Assembly: GCF_000284115.1 (NCBI RefSeq)
Contig: NC_017080.1
Span: forward strand, 1,830,001 to 1,862,000
From: Phycisphaera mikurensis NBRC 102666
GTDB lineage: Bacteria > Planctomycetota > Phycisphaerae > Phycisphaerales > Phycisphaeraceae
Direction of reading: 5' to 3'
Length of the DNA stretch: 32,000 nucleotides
The notes below the pieces were generated by a model. The model was given only the letters and a program-made list of their open reading frames with translations, made no database searches and was not told the origin of the DNA. Shown here piece after piece: positions 8,886 through 16,535 of the stretch; positions within the stretch are counted from its first letter, which is position 1, and every line of letters begins with the position of its first letter. Position numbers and translations under genes: made by a program.

Positions 8886-8945
8886 GCGAGGCGCCTCCCG
8901 GACGTAGCTGAGATCTTCACGAGAGACCGTCGCGAACCAACCCCC

Positions 8946-10799
8946 ATGACCTCCCCACGCCTCTACCTCGGGATTCTCGTCGGCCTGCTGGCGCTCTTCG
9001 GAGCGATCGCCGGCTGGGCCTATGCGGGCGCGAACGTGGCCGCCGCGACGGGGCTGGCCGTCGTGGGGAACGCGCTGGTCTCCGCCTGGCTGCTCTACGG
9101 GCTGTTCGCCTTCCGCGGCATCGCGTGGGTGGCTTGGCTCGGGCGCGGCGTCGCGGTCACGCTGGCGGTGCAGGCGTTGGCGGCGGCGTTGTGGGCGTTG
9201 GGCTTCGAGGGGGCGGTGCGGCTGGTCCTGGGCGTCTGGGCGATGGGCGCCGTCTTCTACGTCGGGCTCGTGCTGCTGCGGCTGGCCCTCGGCCGCGGCG
9301 GGGCGGTGCTCGCGGTGGGGCGGACCACGCTCGACGAAGCCATCCGGCAGAAGGCGGGCCTGGTGTTCGTCTGCCTGGCGCTCGTGCTCGTGCCGATGCT
9401 GCCTCTGATCCTCTCGGACACCCGGCTGTCGTACCGCGTCAGCAACTTCCTCCGCTACAGCAGCTTCGTGACGGGCACGCTGTTGTCGGTGATGACCCTC
9501 GTGCTCGCCTGCCGCACCGTGACCCGCGAGCTGGACGACCGCATCGCCTTCACGACGCTGACCAAGCCGCTGCCGCGGTGGAAGTACCTCGCGGGGAAGT
9601 GGGCCGGGCTGATGGGCCTCAACGCCCTGCTCGTCGCCGTCTCCGGCGTCGGCATCTACGCGTTCACGGCGGTGCTGACCGCCGACATCCCCAACCAGGC
9701 GATGGACCGGCTCGACGCCGACGCGGTCACGGGCCAGATCCTCGTCGCCCGCGTGAGCGCCGCCCCGCAGATGCAGAGCGAGGAGATGTTCAACGCGGCG
9801 CTCTCGGCGAGGCTGCAGGAGCTGCAGGAGCGCGACCCCGAGACCTTCGGCGAGCCCGGCACCGGCGGGGCCCAGCTGCCTCCGGAGGTCGCGGGGCAGG
9901 TCATCGCCGAGGTGCTCGGCAAGTGGCTCGCGGTGCCCTACCGCGGCTCGGGCACGTACCGCTTCGAGGGCCTGGCCGACGCGAAGGAGCGGGGCGGCTT
10001 CGCCCAGCTGCGGCTGAAACCCGAGTCGCGTGGAGCGGCCCCGCCCGACCGCAAGCTGCAGCTGAACTTCCGCATCAACGGCCGGCCCTACCGCAACCCG
10101 CAAACCGTCGGCGGCGTCGTGCCGCGGCTGGCGGACGACCGCTACCACGTGCTCGAGGTGCCCGTCGAGGAGATCGCCGACGACGGCAGCCTCACCGTGA
10201 CGATCGAGAACGGCGGGCCGGGCTCGAACCTCGGCGGCATGGACCAGCCCACCGTCGCCTTCAACCCCAGCGACGGGCTGCAGGTCTTCTACCGCGTGGG
10301 CGGGTTCGCGCAGAACCTCGCGGCGGCGATGACGCTGCTCTGGGTGCGGCTGGGGTTCCTCACCGCGTTGGGGCTGGCGGCGGCGACGTTCCTGGGGTTC
10401 CCGGTCGCGGTCCTCTTCTGCGGGCTTGTGTTCGCGGCGGCGACCGGCAGCGGTTACCTCTCCGAGTCGCTCGCGAGCTACGCCGCCTTCCCCACCGCCG
10501 GGCTCCCGCTCTGGCGGCAGGCGATCGGCTTCGTCGAGCTGCTCTACAGCAAGCTCGCCGCGGGCGAGGTCGTCGACGCGCTCAAGGCGATCATCCGGCT
10601 CGTCGGCGAGCTCTTCGCCTTCTTCGTCCCGTCGCTCGGCGGCTACAACCCGACCCCGCTGCTCGCGGACGGCCAGGCGATCACCGCGGAGCTGCTGGGA
10701 CGGGCCTTCTTCTGGGTCGGCCTCGTCTGGAGCGGCGCCGTCTTCCTCTTCGGCGTGCTGGTCTTCCAGCGGCGGGAGATCGCCCAGGTCACGGTGTGA
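8946..10799 (+). CDS. ABC-2/NosY-like transporter permease with extra N-terminal TM bundle and large extracytoplasmic loop
   Basis: ORF 8946..10799(+). It has four N-terminal hydrophobic helices. The typical ABC-2 permease entry follows (GRTTLDEAIRQKAGLVFVCLALVL ... FTTLTKPLPRWKYLAGKWAGLMGLNALLV). Next comes a ~230-aa soluble loop and three C-terminal TMs. It follows the ABC ATPase. Confidence 0.8.
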   Translation: MTSPRLYLGILVGLLALFGAIAGWAYAGANVAAATGLAVVGNALVSAWLLYGLFAFRGIAWVAWLGRGVAVTLAVQALAAALWALGFEGAVRLVLGVWAMGAVFYVGLVLLRLALGRGGAVLAVGRTTLDEAIRQKAGLVFVCLALVLVPMLPLILSDTRLSYRVSNFLRYSSFVTGTLLSVMTLVLACRTVTRELDDRIAFTTLTKPLPRWKYLAGKWAGLMGLNALLVAVSGVGIYAFTAVLTADIPNQAMDRLDADAVTGQILVARVSAAPQMQSEEMFNAALSARLQELQERDPETFGEPGTGGAQLPPEVAGQVIAEVLGKWLAVPYRGSGTYRFEGLADAKERGGFAQLRLKPESRGAAPPDRKLQLNFRINGRPYRNPQTVGGVVPRLADDRYHVLEVPVEEIADDGSLTVTIENGGPGSNLGGMDQPTVAFNPSDGLQVFYRVGGFAQNLAAAMTLLWVRLGFLTALGLAAATFLGFPVAVLFCGLVFAAATGSGYLSESLASYAAFPTAGLPLWRQAIGFVELLYSKLAAGEVVDALKAIIRLVGELFAFFVPSLGGYNPTPLLADGQAITAELLGRAFFWVGLVWSGAVFLFGVLVFQRREIAQVTV

Positions 10800-10849
10800 T
10801 CCGCGTCCACCCGCGACCCCGCCGGAGCGCCCCCGCGTAAAGACTCCCC

Positions 10850-13021
10850 ATGCAGCGTGACCGCTTGATCCAACTCGTCGCCGTCGCCGTCGCGGTCGTC
10901 GCCCTTGTGGGCGCCGGCCTGATGGTGCCGCGTGTCTCGGCGCAGCGCCGCGACCTGCAGCTCACCTACGACGTGGCCACCGCCGAGGGCGGCAAGCCGA
11001 CCTACGCCGTGCTCGCGGCCGGGCTGGGCAGCTTCAAGGGCCTCGCGGTCAACGCGCTGTGGTACCGGGCGGAGATGGAGAAGCGGGCGGGCCGCTACGC
11101 CGAGGCGAACAACCTCGCGGAGTGGATCACCGAGCTGCAGCCGCGCTTCCCCCAGGTCTGGGCGTTCCACAGCTGGAACCTCGCGTACAACATCTCGGTC
11201 GGCACCTACACCCCGCAGGAGCGCTGGGACTGGGTGCACAAGGGCATCACGCTGCTGCGCGACGAGGGCATCGCGTTCAACCCCAACGCGGTGCAGCTGT
11301 ACCGCGAGCTGGCGTGGCTGTGGTTCCACAAGGTCGGCACGTACAGCGACGACCTCAACTGGTACTACAAGAACCAGGTGGCGCAGGAGTGGCAGGAGCT
11401 GCTCGGCGGCCCGAACGACTCGATGACGCCCGAAGGCGTCCAACGCTTCCTCGACGAGATCGCCGGCGTCGCCGACCGCTACCTCGCCTTCCAGCGACCC
11501 GAGAAGGCGATCCGCGATGCCCTCGCCGCCCTCGCCGGGGGCAGCGATCCGGTCGACCTCGTCGCGGATGCGCTCCAAGACCTGCAGGAGTCGCCCGTGA
11601 TCCGGCTGGACCGCCGCCTCTCCGCGATGCGGGAGGCGCTGCTCGCGGACGGGCGGACGGCGGCGGCGGAGCAAATCGATCCGGTGCTGGCGGCCGTGCG
11701 GGAGGCGGTGGCGCGGGCGGAGCGGGACCCGGTCTCGGTGTTCCGCGGCGACGTGCCCGCCGCGGGCGCCGCGATCGATGCCCTCCGGGAAGCGGGCTTC
11801 GGCCTCGACGCGGAGGCGTTGCGGGCGCTGGGGCGCGTGCGGCTGTACGCGCGCTACGGCGGCCCCGACGCGGCACAGTGGATGCTGAGCCTGCCCGAGG
11901 CGGTGATCGGCGACGACGGCCGCCGGATGATCGGCCTGCTGACCGAGAACGACACGCCCGCCTTCGCGGCGTCGCTGGAGGCGCTGATGCCCTTCCTCCG
12001 CGCCAAGGTCCTGCTCCAGGCGTACCACATGGACCCGGCGTTCATGGCCGAGGTCGCCCGGCGCTACGGGCCCGCGGACTGGCGCCACCCGATGGCCCAC
12101 GCGCTGTATTGGTCGGCGCTGGGCGTGGAGAAGGCGCGGGACCTCCGCAACAACGAGAGCGTCGACTACATCAACCTCAAGCGGGTCAGCATCCACGCGA
12201 TCCAAAGCCTCGTGGACTTCGGGAGCGTCGCCTACAACCCGCTGCTGCCCGACGGCGAGCGGGTCGACTTCATGCCGGCGCCCGAGTTTATCGACTCCTA
12301 CGGCGCCGCCCTCGAAGAGGCGATGGCCGACGCCGATTCCGGAGAGTTCCGCAGGAACGTGCGGATGGAGAGCTTCGCCAGCGGGCACGAGAACTTTCTG
12401 CACAAGGCGATCATGCTCAACTACCTCTACGGCAGCGAGGACGCCGCCGCGCGGTACTACGAGCAGCTCCGCATCGAGTACGGGGACGCGCCGCACAACC
12501 TCCGGGACCGCCGCTACGAGCAGCCGCTCTCGGACCTCGTGTGGCAGTTCCTCAAGGACGACCTCGATTCGCCGTCGCAGACGACGATCCGCTACCTGCT
12601 CGACGGCATGCTCACCGAGCGGGCGTACGGCAACGGCCTGGTCTACGGCCGCTTCCGGATCTTCAACCAGGTGGTCGTCCGCGTGAAGGAGTTCTACGAC
12701 AAGTACCAGGAGGAGCGGGCTTACGAGACCGGCCTCGACCAGAAAGGCCGGCTGGAGCTGCCGCCCTTCGAGCAGGTGCTCGAGGACACGTTCACCAACT
12801 TCATGCAGGACCCCACCCGCGACTTGGGCTCTCGCGTCGCCGCCTACCGCAACGCCCCGGTCGTGCTCAACCAGCGGGCCTGGCCCCGTTTCATCGAGAA
12901 CGTCCGCGACCAGGTGCCCGCCGGGAACGACGCGACCCAGCTGTTCCCGCAGCCGCCGGGAACCGAGGACCCCGCCGTGAGCGGCGACAAGGCCGGCAGC
13001 AAGACGATCGAGCGGAAGTAG
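10850..13021 (+). CDS. Hypothetical N-terminally membrane-anchored helical-repeat protein (723 aa), family not recognised
   Basis: ORF 10850..13021(+). Single N-terminal TM (LIQLVAVAVAVVALVGAGLMV). The sequence is Trp/Tyr-rich and helical (ALWYRAEMEKRAGRYAEANNLAEWITELQPRFPQVWAFHSWNLAYNISV). Amino-acid composition is protein-like, unlike the Arg/Gly/Pro-rich shadow ORFs. It lies 50 nt after the permease. Confidence 0.7.
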   Translation: MQRDRLIQLVAVAVAVVALVGAGLMVPRVSAQRRDLQLTYDVATAEGGKPTYAVLAAGLGSFKGLAVNALWYRAEMEKRAGRYAEANNLAEWITELQPRFPQVWAFHSWNLAYNISVGTYTPQERWDWVHKGITLLRDEGIAFNPNAVQLYRELAWLWFHKVGTYSDDLNWYYKNQVAQEWQELLGGPNDSMTPEGVQRFLDEIAGVADRYLAFQRPEKAIRDALAALAGGSDPVDLVADALQDLQESPVIRLDRRLSAMREALLADGRTAAAEQIDPVLAAVREAVARAERDPVSVFRGDVPAAGAAIDALREAGFGLDAEALRALGRVRLYARYGGPDAAQWMLSLPEAVIGDDGRRMIGLLTENDTPAFAASLEALMPFLRAKVLLQAYHMDPAFMAEVARRYGPADWRHPMAHALYWSALGVEKARDLRNNESVDYINLKRVSIHAIQSLVDFGSVAYNPLLPDGERVDFMPAPEFIDSYGAALEEAMADADSGEFRRNVRMESFASGHENFLHKAIMLNYLYGSEDAAARYYEQLRIEYGDAPHNLRDRRYEQPLSDLVWQFLKDDLDSPSQTTIRYLLDGMLTERAYGNGLVYGRFRIFNQVVVRVKEFYDKYQEERAYETGLDQKGRLELPPFEQVLEDTFTNFMQDPTRDLGSRVAAYRNAPVVLNQRAWPRFIENVRDQVPAGNDATQLFPQPPGTEDPAVSGDKAGSKTIERK

Positions 13022-13038
13022 CGGCTCGGGCGAAGGAT

Positions 13039-13084
13039 CCGCGGACCGTGCCGGTTCTCGGCCCGGAGCCCCGGCGGTCCGCGA
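13039..13084. repeat. Copy E2 of the 46-nt element, 18 nt after the stop of the 723-aa gene
   Basis: Arms at 13039-13048 and 13075-13084 (9 of 10 complementary). The loop is exactly 26 nt. Confidence 0.8.
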
Positions 13085-13131
13085 GCTCGCCCCCGCGGGG
13101 GCCGGATGGCGGGGCCTTTACGCTCCCGCCG

Positions 13132-14730
13132 ATGCCTGCCCCCTCCGACTCCGTCCGCTTCGTCGACTGCAGCCTCCGCGACGGGCACCAGTCGCTGCTG
13201 GCGACGCGGATGAGCGGGTCTCAGGTCGAGGCGGTCCTGCCGCACCTCGCCCGGGCCGGGTACGAGCGGCTGGAGCTCTGGGGCGGCGCGGTGCCCGACG
13301 CGTCGCTTCGCTTCACGCACGAGGACCCCTTCGAGCGGCTCGACCGCGCCCGCGCCGCGCTCGACCTGCACGCCCCGCGCGACCGGCCGGTGCAGGTCCG
13401 CTCGCTGTGCCGCGGCCAGAACCTCTTCGGCTACAGCCCCTACCCCGACAACGTCGTGACGGCCTTCCTCAAGGAAGCGGTCCGCAGCGGGTCGGCGCCC
13501 GCCAACGCGGCCGACGCGGAAGCACCCGCTCGCCGCAACAAGCCGCACGGGGCCGGTGCCCACCGGATCCGCGTCTTCGACGCGCTCAACGACGCCCGCA
13601 ACCTCGTCACCGCCACGATGGCGACCAAGGCCTTTAACGGCGAGGTGGAGGCCGCCCTCTGCTACACGACCTCGCCGGTGCACACCCCCGAGGCGTTCTC
13701 CGCGTTCGCGGTCGCGGCCGTCGACGCGGGCGCCGACGCCCTCGCCATCAAGGACATGGCCGGCTTGCTCCACCCCGCCGACGTCGCGCCGCTGGTCGCT
13801 GCGCTGCGGGTCGCGGCGCCGGGGCTCGAGCTCACGCTGCACGTGCACTGCACCACCGGCCTGGGCGTGGCGGCCTGCGTCGCCGGCCTGCTCTGCGGGG
13901 TCGACTGCATCGACACCGGGCACGGCCCGCTGGCCGGCGGCAGCGCTCAGCCGCCGGTGGAGCTGATGTGCTGGTTCGCCGACCGGCTCGGTGTCCGCCA
14001 CGGCCTCGACGCCGGCACGTTCCCCGCCATCGACGCCGCCATGCGGGCCGCCCGGACCGAGCTCGCCCACGCCGACGGTGCCGCCGCGATCCCCTCTCCC
14101 TGGCCGCTGGAGCCGGGCGACGACGACCGTCGAGCGCTGGCGGAGGCGCTGGCGCTGCTCCGCACCGGCGAGCGGCCCGACGGCGACGCGGCCGTATGGA
14201 TCATCGACGAGGAGCTGATGCGGCCCCGCGGCTACCCGGCGGCCGACACCACGCACCTCGACAGCCAGATCCCCGGGGGGATGATCTCCAACCTCGAGAG
14301 CCAGCTGCGGGACCAGGGCAAGATCGAGCTGCTGCCGGAGATCCTCGAGGAGGTCCCGCGGGTGCGGGCCGCCGCGGGGTACCCGCCGCTGGTCACGCCG
14401 ACCAGCCAGATCGTCGGCAGCCAGGCCGCCTTCAACGTGATGCTCCAGGAGCCGTACAAGCAGGTGTCGATGGCCTTCCGCGACCTGCTCACCGGCCGCT
14501 ACGGGCGGCTGCCCGGCCCGGTCGACCCGGCGGTGCTGAAGATCGCGGCCGGCGACACCAAGCCCTTCCGCGAGCGGCCGGCGGACCTGATCCCCGACGC
14601 CAGCTTCAATGCGCTGCTCCAACGCCACGGCGGGCGGATCCGCAGCCACCGCGACCTCCTCCTGCTGCTGCTCTTCCCGCAGCCTGCCGGCAAGTTCCTG
14701 GAGCGGCGGGCGGCCGCAAGCGCGACCTGA
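13132..14730 (+). CDS. Carboxyltransferase of the oxaloacetate decarboxylase alpha / pyruvate carboxylase subunit B / transcarboxylase 5S type, without a biotinyl domain
   Basis: This is the C-terminal 532 aa of ORF 11059..14730(+), starting at ATG 13132 (MPAPSDSVRFVDCSLRDGHQSLLATRM). Motifs: RVFDALND, AIKDMAGLLHP (carbamylated-Lys motif), LHVHCTTGLG (HxH), and the conserved C-terminal region QIPGGMISNLESQLR...VTPTSQIVGSQA. No AMKM biotin motif is present. Confidence 0.85.
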   Translation: MPAPSDSVRFVDCSLRDGHQSLLATRMSGSQVEAVLPHLARAGYERLELWGGAVPDASLRFTHEDPFERLDRARAALDLHAPRDRPVQVRSLCRGQNLFGYSPYPDNVVTAFLKEAVRSGSAPANAADAEAPARRNKPHGAGAHRIRVFDALNDARNLVTATMATKAFNGEVEAALCYTTSPVHTPEAFSAFAVAAVDAGADALAIKDMAGLLHPADVAPLVAALRVAAPGLELTLHVHCTTGLGVAACVAGLLCGVDCIDTGHGPLAGGSAQPPVELMCWFADRLGVRHGLDAGTFPAIDAAMRAARTELAHADGAAAIPSPWPLEPGDDDRRALAEALALLRTGERPDGDAAVWIIDEELMRPRGYPAADTTHLDSQIPGGMISNLESQLRDQGKIELLPEILEEVPRVRAAAGYPPLVTPTSQIVGSQAAFNVMLQEPYKQVSMAFRDLLTGRYGRLPGPVDPAVLKIAAGDTKPFRERPADLIPDASFNALLQRHGGRIRSHRDLLLLLLFPQPAGKFLERRAAASAT

Positions 14731-14780
14731 TGGGCTTCCCGGCCGCCGACCCGGCGGGCTGCCCCCTCCGATGCTGCCGC

Positions 14781-15165
14781 CGCGCGTCGGCCGGAGGCCG
14801 AGCCACCTGCGGCCCCGCGGCCCCCGGCCATCCGCGGCCTTCTCCTCGTCGGTCCCCGGCTCCGCTCTGAGTGCGAGGGTTGGCGGCCCGCGCCGTGCGT
14901 CGGCCGAAGGCCGAGCCGGTGGCTCACCGCCTCCGGCGGTGTAGGTCGGGCGGAGCCCGAGCGGTTCTTGGAGGCGCGGACCCCATAGCGCCTGGGGCGG
15001 TGAGCCACCGGCGGCCCTGCGGGCCCGGGTTCCCCACGGTCCGCGGCTTGATCCTCGTCGATTGTCGGCCTCGGATCGAGCGCGCGGCTTGGGGGCCACG
15101 CCGTCTGTCGGCCGAGGGCCGAGACGGCGGACCCGCCAGTGGCTGTCGGCCGATCGCCCCTGACC
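14781..15165. repeat. Upstream array (about 2.5 units, partly degenerate) of the composite structured repeat that also follows the EEP gene
   Basis: Layout: module-B tail at 14781-14805; a full module B at 14806-14917; a hairpin module at 14918-15009; a diverged module B from 15010 on. In the hairpin module the left arm GGTGGCTCACCGCCTCCGGCGGTGT is intact and the right arm is degenerate (4 mismatches). At 14805/14806 the hairpin module is precisely absent (gccgagcc|acctgcgg). Confidence 0.85.
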
Positions 15166-15290
15166 CAGTCGCCCCGATCGCCGCGGAGCCGATGCGGGCC
15201 GCGGCCCGCGGGCGGGAGCCGCGTCTGCGCGGGTAGCGTGCGTCTCCTCAGGAGCGTCGGTCCACCCGCGGATCGACGTCGGCGCCGCGG

Positions 15291-16535
15291 TTGCGGCGGG
15301 CCTTTGACGGCAGCGTCGCATCCGAAGCCCCCTGCACCCGCCGCCGGGTGCTCCCTTCTTCCGAGCCCCACGTGCCCTTCTACAAGCCGCTCAAGCACGC
15401 GCCCGCCGCCGAGCGGAAGCGCACGATCCGGGGCATCCAGCGGTTGCGGGCGCAGCTCGCCGAGGCCGGGTTCCCGGGGAAGAAGACGGCCGAGACGCTG
15501 ATCCTCGGCACCTGGAACCTCCGGAACTTCGACGACGACCGCTTCGGCCACGGCCCGCGGACCGACGAGTCCCTGCACTACCTCGCGGAGATCGTCGCCC
15601 GCTTCGACGCGCTCGCCGTGCAGGAGATCGGTGAGGACCTCGGGCCGCTCCAGCGCCTCCTCGCCCTCGCCGGCCCGCAGTACGACTACCTGCTCACCGA
15701 CGTCACCCACAGCGGGCTCGGCGGCAACCGCGAGCGGCTCGGCTTCGTCTACGACCGCCACAAGGTGAGGTTCACCGGCGTCAGCGGCGAGATCGTCCTG
15801 CCCGACCGCCTGCTCATCGGCCGCGACGGGGGGGCCGGGGGCGCCGGGGGCCGCCAGTTCGCCCGCACCCCCTTCGGGGCCGCGTTCCACAGCGGCTGGT
15901 TCAAATTCGTCTTCAGCACCGTCCACGTCTACTTCGGCGCCGCCGGCCGCAACAGCCCGCAGTACGAGCGGCGGGTGCAGGAGATCGAAGCCGTCGCCGG
16001 CTACCTCGCCGCCGAGGCGGGCTCCAGCGAAGCCAACCACGTCCTCGTCGGCGACTTCAACATCGTCGCACCCGGGAGCGACGGCTTCAACGCCCTGGAG
16101 CGTGCCGGCTTCACCGCCGTCCAGAACCGCCGCGGCAGCAACGCCGACCAGACGAAGTTCTACGACCAGATCAGCTTCCTCAGCAAGCGGAACGAGCTGC
16201 TCCTCCGCGACCCCGAGCGGGACGACCGCGTCTTCCAGTTTTTCGACAGCGTTTACCGCGACGGCGACTTCCGGATGCACCGCTCCACGATGAAGAAGCT
16301 TCTGCGGGCGAAGATCGAAGCCGCCGCCGCCGAAGCCAGGGACGGCCGCACCAAGCGGATCCGCACCCGCGCCGCGAGGCGGGTCGAAAGCCTCACCGCC
16401 CTGGCCGCCGACGACGCCGCGCTGGAGGCGTACTACCCCACGTGGCGGACCTTCCAGATGAGCGACCACCTCCCCCTGTGGGTCGAGATCAAGATCGATT
16501 TCTCTGACGCGTACCTGGAGAAGCTGCTCGGGTAG
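15291..16535 (+). CDS. Endonuclease/exonuclease/phosphatase (EEP, DNase I-like fold) family protein
   Basis: EEP motifs in order: LILGTWNLRNF, LAVQEIGED, GNRERLGFVYD, VHVYFG, VLVGDFNIV, MSDHLPLWVEIKIDF. The start is uncertain: TTG 15291 (longest), GTG 15348 or GTG 15372 (VPFYKPLKH). No N-terminal signal peptide is evident. Confidence 0.85.
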   Translation: MRRAFDGSVASEAPCTRRRVLPSSEPHVPFYKPLKHAPAAERKRTIRGIQRLRAQLAEAGFPGKKTAETLILGTWNLRNFDDDRFGHGPRTDESLHYLAEIVARFDALAVQEIGEDLGPLQRLLALAGPQYDYLLTDVTHSGLGGNRERLGFVYDRHKVRFTGVSGEIVLPDRLLIGRDGGAGGAGGRQFARTPFGAAFHSGWFKFVFSTVHVYFGAAGRNSPQYERRVQEIEAVAGYLAAEAGSSEANHVLVGDFNIVAPGSDGFNALERAGFTAVQNRRGSNADQTKFYDQISFLSKRNELLLRDPERDDRVFQFFDSVYRDGDFRMHRSTMKKLLRAKIEAAAAEARDGRTKRIRTRAARRVESLTALAADDAALEAYYPTWRTFQMSDHLPLWVEIKIDFSDAYLEKLLG

